A stretch of 64,000 bases of DNA from a virus, in IMG/VR virus record IMGVR_UViG_3300045988_183660, one strand, 5' to 3'. The notes beneath the pieces were generated by a model, which was not told the DNA's origin, ran no database searches, and saw nothing but the letters and a program-made list of their open reading frames with translations. Numbering within the stretch: the stretch's first letter is position 1; each line of letters begins with the position of its first letter. Shown in pieces: positions 26,933 through 37,500 of the stretch. The position numbers and the translations under genes were made by a program.

Positions 26933-28432
26933 ATGAAAATAAATAAGAAAATAGCATCTGAGATAATTATAATGATAGGTATTATGGTACTTTCCATATT
27001 AGCCTGCTATAAATCAAAAGGTGTGGATACATATTATATAATAGTTAATGGTAAAAATGCATTGAAATACGGCTTACATACAAATGATTTACTTCTACAT
27101 TATCCTGACCTGTATTTTATTAATCAGCACTGGCTTACCAGTGTACTTTATGTATTCATAGATAAATTTAAAAACGGATTTGCCGTTTATAATATTTTCT
27201 GTACTTTTATTCTTAATTATGCACTTTATAAAGTTATGTGTAAGATTTCTAAAAATAATATTTTAAGTGGTATATTAATAGCTATAGCAAGTACTATTAT
27301 AACAATTGCATTTGAATATTATCAGAGACCTATGCTATTAACAGCCGGTATAATGCTTATATTTATATACTTTTTAGAAGATTATTATGAAACCGGAAAG
27401 AAAAAGTACTTTGTCATTCTTATGCTTTTAAGTATATTAGAAATTAATCTGCATTGTTCTATGTGGTGGATGCTGCCTATATGTATACTGCCATATATAT
27501 GCAATTTTCAAATTATAAACAAAAAAATTGTTTTTAATTTTATAAAAAGCCTTAAAATGTTAATTTTAGAGCTTTTTGTGCTATTTTCATCATTGATTAA
27601 TCCATATGGTATAGAAGCCCCGTTATATGTATTAAAGTCAGGAATAGATAAAAATGTAAAAGAATCCATTGGTGAATTATTGCCTATATATAAAGATACA
27701 CAATTCGGAAGAGTAGCTGTTATGTATATATTAATATTAATAGTAATTGTAAAAACTATTAAATATTATAAAAAGAATAAACAGTTAGATATGCGTTTCA
27801 TCTTTTTTAGCCTTGGAGGAATCCTGATAGCATTTAATGCCTGCCGTAACTATTTATTTACAATTATATTCTGCTTCATGTTGATTGCTTATGTATCCGA
27901 TTATAATTATATTGAAAGCATTAAAGAAGAAAAAAATAAAACAGATATTATAATGGCAGTTATAATAAGTATTTTTATAATATTATCAGGAATTTTACAG
28001 TTTTATTCATTAAATAAAACATATAAATTTAAAGAAACAGAAACAATAGGAACATATTTAGGAAAAGAAGCAGCATTATATTTAGATGATTATTGTGAAG
28101 AAAATAATCTCAATAAAGAAGATATACATATATATTCACATGAAAGTTTATCGAGTGCCTTAGAGTATTATGGATATAAGACTTACGGTGACTGCCGACC
28201 TGAAGCATTAAGAATAACAATGAATAAAAAGTATGATTACTGGCAGGAAGAACATGATTTCAGAAACGGCAGGACTGATTGTAAGGATTATTTGGAAAAA
28301 TATGATATACAGTTTATAACTGCAACCAAGGATTATATGAATTTAATCATAAACAGTAATCCTGAATGGTTTAACAGTCATTATGAACTTATACAAGAAT
28401 ATAAATATGGCAGCTTCTATAAAGCTAAATAA
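26933..28432 (+). CDS. polytopic membrane protein, paralog of the GtrC-like GT-C glycosyltransferase at 49629
   Basis: At least 10 TM segments. Shared LEINLH(C/A)SMW block with 49629-51194. Confidence 0.45.
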   Translation: MKINKKIASEIIIMIGIMVLSILACYKSKGVDTYYIIVNGKNALKYGLHTNDLLLHYPDLYFINQHWLTSVLYVFIDKFKNGFAVYNIFCTFILNYALYKVMCKISKNNILSGILIAIASTIITIAFEYYQRPMLLTAGIMLIFIYFLEDYYETGKKKYFVILMLLSILEINLHCSMWWMLPICILPYICNFQIINKKIVFNFIKSLKMLILELFVLFSSLINPYGIEAPLYVLKSGIDKNVKESIGELLPIYKDTQFGRVAVMYILILIVIVKTIKYYKKNKQLDMRFIFFSLGGILIAFNACRNYLFTIIFCFMLIAYVSDYNYIESIKEEKNKTDIIMAVIISIFIILSGILQFYSLNKTYKFKETETIGTYLGKEAALYLDDYCEENNLNKEDIHIYSHESLSSALEYYGYKTYGDCRPEALRITMNKKYDYWQEEHDFRNGRTDCKDYLEKYDIQFITATKDYMNLIINSNPEWFNSHYELIQEYKYGSFYKAK

Positions 28433-28542
28433 TTTCCTTATGTCGGCTTGCAATAATAATTAAGCTCTATTATAATTGATTAAGATAGGTATTGGGATAT
28501 AATTATATATTATATGTTTTTTCATTTTTTCTTGTTTTTTAG

Positions 28543-28580
28543 TTGACAAGTATCCTTAAAGGGTATATACTATAATTAAA
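28543..28580 (+). promoter_or_regulatory. promoter/operator unit TTGACA-N17(dyad)-TATACTATAATT (copy 1)
   Basis: Near-identical to units at 44155 and 58438. Confidence 0.55.
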
Positions 28581-28629
28581 GATAAAGGAAAAAACAAATA
28601 AAGTTTAGAATATAAGTGAGGTAATAAAT

Positions 28630-29685
28630 ATGAGAAAGACAAGATTATTAAGAACAACAGTAATAGCATTAGCAGTACTTACAGCAGCATTTGGTATGAC
28701 TGCATGTGGTAAGAAAAATAAGGTAACAGAAAATACAACTACAACAACTGAAAATGTAAGTGAAGCTGATAAGAATAATGAAAAGAAGCCTACTAAGGTT
28801 GTATTTGATTATACAGATACAGAAGGTAATACAGTTAAATTAGAAGGAAATGCAACTGTAGATGATAAGGGTGAAGCAACAATTGAAGTAGTTGACAGTA
28901 ATGGAAATAAGACAGTCTTTACAGGAAAAGCAAATACAGAAAATGGAAAGTTATCAGTAAATGATATTAAGGTAACAGAAGGTGGAACACTTGTAAAGAC
29001 AGATGGAACAGAGATTAAGGTAACAGAAGATGCGAAGATAGAAGATGCAACAGAAAGTACAGAAGAAACAAAGGCAGATGTAGCAGCTAAGGAAGAGCCA
29101 AAGGAAGATGTTATAGTAGCAGATGGTGGAAATACATCAGAAGGAACAGGAAATGAAAATGCAGGAGACAATGGAGCAGATAATGGAAATGTATCTGATA
29201 CACCAAGTAATGAGCCTGTAGATGTACCAAATACTCCAAGTGAGCCTGAGTATGTACCTGATGTTCCTGATGTACCTGATAATGGTAATGATAATGGTAG
29301 TGAAGATACTGGCAATACAGGTTCTAATACAGGTAACAGCTTCTATGATGATTTTATGAACGGTGGACATATGGAAGGTGATGAAGATTTAATTGATAAG
29401 GATTCAGACCCATCAAAACCTTGTCCATATCCATTAAATACACCTATTGAAGGTACATATACAGGAGTAAATGAAGATGGTGTGTATGGTACTTATCCAG
29501 TATATATTGTGTATAATCTTTGCTCAGAAGATGAAACTGGTGGATTTGCTGTTGAGCTTGTAAGAAATACATACTATGGTGGTAAGAGAAAAGTAAATGG
29601 CATAAGAATTGAAGCTTACATAAGTTTACCAATTGGTGAATACGACTGTGGATTAGTCAGAGCTACATATGTAAAGAGAGTATAA
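28630..29685 (+). CDS. surface lipoprotein with a T/G/N/D-rich low-complexity linker
   Basis: Signal peptide with a GMTAC lipobox. Confidence 0.55.
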   Translation: MRKTRLLRTTVIALAVLTAAFGMTACGKKNKVTENTTTTTENVSEADKNNEKKPTKVVFDYTDTEGNTVKLEGNATVDDKGEATIEVVDSNGNKTVFTGKANTENGKLSVNDIKVTEGGTLVKTDGTEIKVTEDAKIEDATESTEETKADVAAKEEPKEDVIVADGGNTSEGTGNENAGDNGADNGNVSDTPSNEPVDVPNTPSEPEYVPDVPDVPDNGNDNGSEDTGNTGSNTGNSFYDDFMNGGHMEGDEDLIDKDSDPSKPCPYPLNTPIEGTYTGVNEDGVYGTYPVYIVYNLCSEDETGGFAVELVRNTYYGGKRKVNGIRIEAYISLPIGEYDCGLVRATYVKRV

Positions 29686-29839
29686 TACTTTATAATAATA
29701 AACATTAATTAAGGGGTTATGACAATGATATTTAACATATCAGCATAGCCTCTTATTTTTATGTGATTTAATAAAAAACATTGTGATAAAAAAGTAACAT
29801 ATTTATATAAAATAATGAAAAAGGATATAATATATAAAT

Positions 29840-32800
29840 ATGACAAGAGATGAAGCTTTTAAAGAAATTAATAGCATACAAAATGATTATATTGATGAAT
29901 TAATAGGATTAATAAATAATCCAGATTATATTATTAATAAAACTATTAATTTTACATCTGCAACTGGTACAGGTAAAACTAAAATGATGAGTAAGTTAAT
30001 AAATAAACTACCAGACTATTTTTTCATTATAACAACATTATCTAAAGGGCAATTACATCTTCAAGTAAAAAATAGCTTAGAAAAAGATTGCGTCAATAAT
30101 AATTTTATTGTATATGGAAATGCTGATTATAAAATAAATAGTATTTTAAGAGCAGATGATATAATAAGAGTATTACCCAAAGATAAGCCTTGTATATGGC
30201 TTAGAGATGAAGGACATATCAGAACGAATAATTTTGAAGAATTATTAATGAATATATGTTATAAAGTAATAAATTTTTCAGCTACAAATACACATAGTGA
30301 TATAAAGTGTAAATTTTCACAAACTATGATGCTTAGAACGGTAAATCAAACAACTGGAACACCTGAAGAAGCTATAAATAAGTTATTAGAAGTAAAAAGG
30401 ATTCATAAAAATATACCTAAATATAATCCCTGTGCAATTTTTAGATGTGTAGGCGGTAATGGATATTTGTATAAATGGATTGTGCAACTTTGTGAAAAAA
30501 ACAATTTAAAATATATAGATATAACAAAAGATGAATATTTAATGTCAGAACTTTGTGAAGATGATAATGAATATGATGTTATAATAAATAAATTTAAAAT
30601 TACAGAAGGTATAGATATCCGGAGAGCGCATGTTTTGTATATGGATAATCAGCCATCTAATGCAGCAACAACTATACAGGCAATTGGAAGATGTCGCCGT
30701 AATGCACTTCTTTACAGAGATGATATTGATATATTTGCACCTGAGAATAAGGATTTATTAGAACAAACAAGAGAATGTTATGTATTTTATAATGTTTGTG
30801 AAATGAAAATAGATACCGATTCAGATGGTGAATTACAATTAGCCTTTTGTAATCATATAACCTGCGAAGAATTAAAAGCAGGAACAACTATAGAAGTTAT
30901 CAATGGACAGCTCCCTAATGGTTTATATGTTATTGAATTGGTAGGAAAAACGGGTAAATATAAAATAGTTAAAGATTCCACAACCGGTTTTAATGTAATT
31001 AAACCATTATCAAATTTTTATGATACCCAAATTAAACATTTTGATAATAATTATTTATACTATGATTCATATGCAAAATTACATATTAGTAATATTAATC
31101 AGTTTCCATTATTAACTACAAAAAAAGAGTTTGATTTTAGCATAGGTGAATATAGAGAGATGCAGGTAGAACCTTACTATGAAATATCAAAGGAAATTAT
31201 AAAGAATAATGTAGAATATAAATTTTCTCAGGATATATTAGATTTTTATAAAAATCAAGCAAAAAAATATATATTCGGTGAATACATTTATAATTTAATT
31301 AAAGAATATTCAGTAGAATTTTATATAAACAAAGATAATTTATATTCATATAAAGAAATTAATATAAATGTTGAAAAATATATATTAGACAATCAAAACA
31401 AAAACGGGCTTAAAATTTTTTGCCAATTTCTCAATGATTTCGAAAATAATATTGTTAATATATCCGGCTTTGAGTATAAGTTAAATGATGTATGTTCAAA
31501 AGATGAATTAATTTTATTGAAAGAAGCATGTATAAAGCAGAAAAATATGCGAAGAACTAATGATGATATAAAATTTTTTATAGATGAATATATAAAAATA
31601 AAGTCAGAATATAAACGCTATAAGCTTATTAGATATTATAAAAACCATGAATTTCTTAAAATATTTGACAATTTAAGTGCTGAAATTTTACCTAAAGATA
31701 ATTTGTGTGATTATATAAGAGAATTTGTTAAATCTTATATGAGTAGAATTGAATCAGATAATAACCTTCAAAACTTTTATATATTAATTCGGCAATTATA
31801 CACCGCACGAAATATAACAATTGATATTGTAAGCGAATTAGAAAAGTGCTGTGATATTTTTGAATTAGAAATGATAGCGTATTGCTGCATAAAAGAAAAA
31901 GAACTTGGATTGAAAGATGAGGAAATAATATTATATCTTGAAAAAATATTAAAAGAACGCCATAATTTTTATTTGAGTGAAAATACCAAAGAATATAATA
32001 ATATTACATATTTAATATTAAATGAAAATTTGTCAGGATTTTATTCACAAATTAATATCGAACCATTTTCAGTTAAAGTAGAATATACAGATGATATACA
32101 GGTACAAAAAAATGATATATCAAGATACTTTGAAAAAATAGATAATAAATTGAAATTATCAAATGATAAAAAAATGCATCTATATTTGTGTACAGAAGAT
32201 ATAAAACTTTGCACTAAAAAAGCGATTGCTTTTAATTATAAAAAAATGCTTGATGATACAATAGAAGAAGTTATTTATTCATATTCAACACTTTTTGAAG
32301 ATGTATCTTCAGATGAACATTATATGATTCGCAATAGATATATACCGGAAACTGGAAGATATGTTGAACAAAAGGATATTGAAAATTATAAATCATATGA
32401 GCCATATGATAAAATAGTAAATGATAAAGAGAGTGCAATTATAGGCGTTGATTTAATGAAACAAATAAAAGTGAATAATGAGCCAGTATGGAGCGAAGCA
32501 AAATCAGTAAGTCAAAAAGTAGGTAATTATAATAAATTAAATGTTTTTATAACGAATAAATATTCAGATGAATTAAAACAGGCATCTTCTCAATATATAA
32601 GAGGGAAAAATCATTTTGAACTTGATACGAAGTGTAATTCAATAATAGGTTATTGCGTTGAATATTATTCAAAATATTTAGTTTACGGAGATAAATATTT
32701 GCATGATTATATAATAAAAGCTCAAAGAGAATCTAATACTAACGTGTGTAACGAATATATTATAGTAAGAGCCTGCATGTTAAAACATAGAGAAATGATG

Positions 32801-33208
32801 ATTAGAAGTTTTGGAAAAGGAGTTGCCAAAGTAATAAAAAGTATTACAATTAAAGAACTTGTAAAAGAAAAGTATAAATATTTCGTCAAATTAGTGGTAG
32901 AATTAGCTGAGAAAACCGCAAGTTATGTAAAAAGAAGTTTATATGCAAATAGGATTCCTAAAGATAATATTGATACAGATTTATCTATAGAACATATAAA
33001 GGGATTAGCAGATTATATTACAGAAGATACGATTTTAGATGTTAAGGTTAGAAATAATATTGATGAAAAATGTATAAGACAAGTTCTTGCATATCATTAT
33101 TTATCTACAAAAAGGTCAGACTTGAATATAAAAAAAGTGATAGTATATGATGCTGTAAGTGATAAAGCTGTTGTGGTAAATATAAGTTCTGATAATATCA
33201 AAAAATAA
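29840..33208 (+). CDS. 1122-aa protein with a compact N-terminal SF2 helicase/ATPase core and a roughly 800-aa uncharacterised C-terminal region
   Basis: SATGTGKT (motif I), DEGH (II), FSATNT (III), QAIGRCRR (VI). Extremely AT-rich and K/N/I/Y-rich. Confidence 0.6.
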   Translation: MTRDEAFKEINSIQNDYIDELIGLINNPDYIINKTINFTSATGTGKTKMMSKLINKLPDYFFIITTLSKGQLHLQVKNSLEKDCVNNNFIVYGNADYKINSILRADDIIRVLPKDKPCIWLRDEGHIRTNNFEELLMNICYKVINFSATNTHSDIKCKFSQTMMLRTVNQTTGTPEEAINKLLEVKRIHKNIPKYNPCAIFRCVGGNGYLYKWIVQLCEKNNLKYIDITKDEYLMSELCEDDNEYDVIINKFKITEGIDIRRAHVLYMDNQPSNAATTIQAIGRCRRNALLYRDDIDIFAPENKDLLEQTRECYVFYNVCEMKIDTDSDGELQLAFCNHITCEELKAGTTIEVINGQLPNGLYVIELVGKTGKYKIVKDSTTGFNVIKPLSNFYDTQIKHFDNNYLYYDSYAKLHISNINQFPLLTTKKEFDFSIGEYREMQVEPYYEISKEIIKNNVEYKFSQDILDFYKNQAKKYIFGEYIYNLIKEYSVEFYINKDNLYSYKEININVEKYILDNQNKNGLKIFCQFLNDFENNIVNISGFEYKLNDVCSKDELILLKEACIKQKNMRRTNDDIKFFIDEYIKIKSEYKRYKLIRYYKNHEFLKIFDNLSAEILPKDNLCDYIREFVKSYMSRIESDNNLQNFYILIRQLYTARNITIDIVSELEKCCDIFELEMIAYCCIKEKELGLKDEEIILYLEKILKERHNFYLSENTKEYNNITYLILNENLSGFYSQINIEPFSVKVEYTDDIQVQKNDISRYFEKIDNKLKLSNDKKMHLYLCTEDIKLCTKKAIAFNYKKMLDDTIEEVIYSYSTLFEDVSSDEHYMIRNRYIPETGRYVEQKDIENYKSYEPYDKIVNDKESAIIGVDLMKQIKVNNEPVWSEAKSVSQKVGNYNKLNVFITNKYSDELKQASSQYIRGKNHFELDTKCNSIIGYCVEYYSKYLVYGDKYLHDYIIKAQRESNTNVCNEYIIVRACMLKHREMMIRSFGKGVAKVIKSITIKELVKEKYKYFVKLVVELAEKTASYVKRSLYANRIPKDNIDTDLSIEHIKGLADYITEDTILDVKVRNNIDEKCIRQVLAYHYLSTKRSDLNIKKVIVYDAVSDKAVVVNISSDNIKK

Positions 33209-33358
33209 TTAATAATAATACAATTTTGCTAGTGGTTTTTCTTGGCATTTCAACTATAATTTTAAATGTTTTAAGAATAATATTTTTCTAAAATGGAGGA
33301 AGGTAAATATATGGAAATATTAATAATCGGATTCTTTTCATTATTTTTCTTAATTAGT

Positions 33359-33396
33359 TTACACGGGTTTACAAAAGCATATAATTGTGTATAATA
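33359..33396 (+). promoter_or_regulatory. promoter of the toxIN module (TTTACA-N17-TGTGTATAAT)
   Basis: Extended -10 consensus TATAAT. Confidence 0.5.
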
Positions 33397-33404
33397 TAAG
33401 TAAG

Positions 33405-33496
33405 AAATCAAATGGATTTCAATAAGAATGTTACGAAGCATGTAAAAAAATCGTTTTAATAGATGTTACGAAGCATGTAAAAAATCGTTTTAATAG
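33405..33496 (+). ncRNA. toxI: ToxI-like type III antitoxin RNA: about 2.5 tandem repeats of 35-36 nt (AATGTTACGAAGCATGTAAAAAAATCGTTTTAATAG)
   Basis: Two near-perfect tandem repeats plus a partial one, placed between the promoter and a terminator directly upstream of a ToxN homolog. Confidence 0.6.
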
Positions 33497-33520
33497 GAGC
33501 TGTAAAATGCAGCTCCTTTT
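33497..33520 (+). terminator. rho-independent terminator separating toxI from toxN (GGAGCTG-TAAAA-TGCAGCTCC + T-run)
   Basis: Perfect stem. Arrangement typical of type III TA loci. Confidence 0.7.
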
Positions 33521-33538
33521 ATATTAGGGAGATATAAG

Positions 33539-34057
33539 ATGAAATAGATTCATGCAGATGAAAAATATTTGGATTATTTAAGAACAATTGAAAGAAGAAT
33601 ACCTAGAACAGACTATGGTTCTGACAAATATAAGCCTTTTTTTGGGGTTTTATTTGAGACAAATGATTTGTATTATATTACACAAGTTTCACATCCGCAG
33701 AAAAGACATGAAAAAATGAATGAGCAAAGGGATTTTTATAAATTATTCAATCCACGAAATCCAAAGGAATTAATAGCTGTAGTGAATCTTAATTATATGT
33801 TCCCTATACCTAAGAACTGTACATATAATTTTCAAAAAAATAATATGGAGTTATATAGAACTTTTAAATCAGATGAAGAAAAAAGCAGATATATAGATTT
33901 ATTAAACAAAGAACTAGAAGCTATAAATAAACTAAATTTAGATGAAAAAGCAAAATATATATATAATTTAAAATATAATAAACCGGATAATAATATTTCA
34001 AAAAGATGTATTGATTTTAAAGATTTAGAAAAATATGCAAAATTATATAAAAAATAA
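33539..34057 (+). CDS. toxN: ToxN/AbiQ-family type III toxin endoribonuclease; ATG-AAA-TAG: in-frame amber stop at codon 3
   Basis: AGGGAG RBS 7 nt upstream of ATG 33539. Downstream frame reads IHADEKYLDYLRTIERRIP...KPFFGVLFE...LIAVVNLNYMFPIP, which aligns with ToxN MKFYTISSKYIEYLK...KAFIGIVLE...LGLINLKFMIPI. The track ORF starts at TTG 33569. Confidence 0.65.
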
Positions 34058-34065
34058 GAATAAGA

Positions 34066-34100
34066 AATGCAACGACTGTCTGATTAATTTCAGGCAGTCT
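34066..34100 (+). terminator. rho-independent terminator CTGTCTGATTAATTTCAGGCAG + T-run (module copy 3)
   Basis: Same module as 25349 and 26650. Followed by a related 25-nt palindromic tail. Confidence 0.65.
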
Positions 34101-34585
34101 TTTTTATTACCATCACACCATGTATACAATATACAAGATAACAAAAAGTTAAAAATGGCGTCTTTTTAAAATAGTCGCCAAAATACAATTTCACAAACCC
34201 GCATAAACACTGGGATAGAAGCACGGTGGTCACAATGTTTCTACTTCGTAGAACCATGCTACTATGGGTGAGCAAGAGTTTGATTTGACCCCTCATATAT
34301 TAATGAATACGATTTTATTCTATATTTAAACATCATAATTAACTATTCGGATGTCCAATGTCTACAAGCAGCCATAAACCTTTCCATCTCCCAAAGCCTT
34401 ATTTTAATAAAAAATTTTATTCACTCTCATAATAAAGCCTTATTGTGAAAGTTTAATTTAATGAATTTAGTAACATAACTATATATGGAGAGTTGTTTAT
34501 TTTTTATTACTGTCCATAAAAATTAATCACTTTCCTGTACAGGCTTATATAAGCCTAGTAATGAGAGAAAGGAGAGCAAAATCTT

Positions 34586-37500
34586 ATGAAGAAAGGTTTA
34601 ATGAGTATGAGAAACAGATTTAAACGATTTTTTACTATGGTACTTGCTATTGTTACATTTTTTACTTCTATACCATTAAGTAATCTTACCTTTACCAAGG
34701 CTGATTCGGCAGTTGCTAATAATGGTGAAGAAGATGACTATTATATCAATGTAACTATTGACCTTGATGGCGGTACTGCTGATGATATCTATTATGAATC
34801 TCAGGTTGACAGAGATGGGGCTGGATACAGTGCAGGTCAGTGGGTAAGTAAATTTGGTGCTGGCAAAACATTTCTTGATAAGCATGGTAAAAAGCATACT
34901 GTAGCAGGCAGGGGAGCAGATGACCCATGTGAAGGCTCGTTTGTAGTCCGTGCTGATGCAATTGGTGTTACACCTCATGTTGTTATAGCAACTCCTACAA
35001 AAGAAGGTTATACATTTGCAGGATGGGATACTAATGCAAGTGTTAATAAATATGGCAGTGATGATGCATTTGATGTAGGATGCTGGAATCCGGGAAGCAT
35101 AACAATTACAGCTTTATGGAAAAGAGATACAGCCAACATGACAGTGTACTATGATTCAGGTGTAAAATATGTTGGTTCAGATGGCTATAGTGATGATTAT
35201 GATTTCACTTATAGCGGTCAAGACCATAATTTTCCATTAAATTCAACTTTACAGACTAATGTACATTTAAAAGATGGATTTAATATGGTAGGTTTTCAGG
35301 AAGATGCTGTTGCAGATGGTTTTGTCTGGAATGGCTGGAAGACTAATCCGGATTATCCTAATGTATATTTTGATTCATGGACAATGGATACGAACAGAAG
35401 TATAAAGGTAATTACTAATACCACATTAAGTTTTGAATATGATGAAGGCTTTGAAAATACTGCACATACTGAAACAGTACAGACAGATGATAAGTACTAT
35501 GATTATCCAAAGCTTAAGCAGAGTTATGAACTTGATTATGTAGAAGATTTGGATACCGAAGAAAAGTGGTATACATATGATGGCAGAAATAATAATGGTT
35601 CATATATATACTGGACAGCAAACCGTCCTAGAAGGGTAAAGTATCATTCAAAGCTAAAGGAAAGTGCAAAGAATACACTTAACTTAGACCAGAATGGTGC
35701 AACCACAAAGGGAACAGAAAGAGTAGACGTATATCAGGGTGTAAAGATAGATGATATCACAATACCTAAGAAAGAATATACAGCTACATTTTTTGACGGT
35801 AATAAGAAAGTACATGATGATATCATCAATAAGTTTAAATTCCTTGGATACTGGAATGATACTAAATATGTATGGGAAAAAGATACAACCGGATATGCTG
35901 ATTTCTTTGAAACTGGACTGCCAAACGATTCAGATACAGTAGATACTATTAATGGTAACTATGGAGATGCATATTATTTTGATTTATATAGTGAAATAAC
36001 CGGTACTGCCAGTACAGCTAATTTTACGGGGCGTTTAAATACATATAATAAGAATCTTAATACATGGATGAATTTTTCAATACGAAATACACCTAGTCAG
36101 AAAATAAGGGTATCCATGCATGTAAATGGTGTTGGTATAATTGAAACAGAAGATGGTACAAAATGCCGTCAGTATTCATTTGAATTATCAAGTAATGAAG
36201 AAGTTAATGTCTTTGTTGGTGGAAATGTAGAGATATATTTCTATAAAGAAACTTCTGGAAATGCAGAATTTTATATGGAGTTTCCACAGAAAAAAGAATT
36301 AACAACAGGCTACTGGTATGATGAAAATGGTAAAGGATTAATTGAATATCCATTATCAAGAAATCATACTATAACAGCTAAATGGAGTGGAGATAATATA
36401 ACTTTACCAGAAGCACCTGAAAAAGAAGGCTATACATTTGTCGGATGGCGTACTGAAGATGCTAAATTGATGACTTCTGAATGGGGTAATGATGATTCTG
36501 ATTATCTTGACTGTAAGAATAATTATGGTGGAGATGTAGCTAAATGGTTTAAAGCCAGTAGGGAAGGTAAAACTAACTATGATGTTAAACACATGTATTT
36601 AGTGCCAAATTCATATTATCTTAATGATGAAGTAATGCATTTTCAGTGGTATTACGTTTATTATGCCGGAGATGAAGTAGGACTTAGTAAAAACACAAAA
36701 TTTATCGCATGTTATGATGAGATTCCAAAGGTAACTGTTAAATTTGAATCAGGCAGTGATAATACATCTGAATATAATCAGAAGTATGATTTAACAGTAT
36801 ATGAAGGACAGTCATTAAAAATACCTGAAGAATCAGCAAGCTATTATAAAGGACGAAAATATGTAGTAAGCTTTGATAATAAAGGCATAGGCACAACACC
36901 TGACAGTATAAGTGGTAATGCACCATTTGATTACTGGAATGTAAGAAGTGGTATAGATGAAGATGCAGATGAATTTTTTGCAGGAGAGACAATACCAAAA
37001 GTAAATAAAAATGGTATCTTAAGTGCAATATATAAAGATGTTGAAATCAGCAATTTACCAATATTAAGTGCAGATGGCTATATATTTGAAGGCTGGTATG
37101 AAGATGCAGACTATACAATAAAAGCAGATAAAGTAAGTATAGACGGATATGGATATAACGCATTGGATGAGCCAGAGCTAATCACATTGTATGCGAAGTG
37201 GAAGAAAACAAGTGCCACATTGCGTACAGTAGGTGAAGAAGGAATAGCAGAAACGAACTATTCAGAAAGTACACAGATAGAAAAAGGCAGTATAGTACGA
37301 ATAGAAGCAAAGCTTAGTAAAGGATATGTATTTAAAGGCTGGTATAATGGAGATGTAATTATCAGTAATGATTTAAGTTTTGATTATACTATGCCGGATG
37401 AAGATACAGTTCTTACAGCTAAAGCAGAACCAAAATGGTATGTACTTACCTTTGACCCTAATGGTGGTATTTTAAAGAATCCGGGAGATAATTTATATCC

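Noticed and set aside
33311-33393. 27-aa hydrophobic ORF upstream of toxI.
   Set aside because: It overlaps the toxIN promoter (-35/-10). It is too short and has no RBS.
33405-33496. Possible CRISPR array (short direct repeats).
   Set aside because: Only about 2.5 contiguous 35-36-nt units with no spacers. They are followed by a terminator and a ToxN homolog. This is type III antitoxin RNA, not CRISPR.
34101-34585. Calling the adhesin leader a c-di-GMP riboswitch.
   Set aside because: I could not match it to the GEMM-I or GEMM-II consensus from the sequence alone. It is left as an unassigned structured leader.
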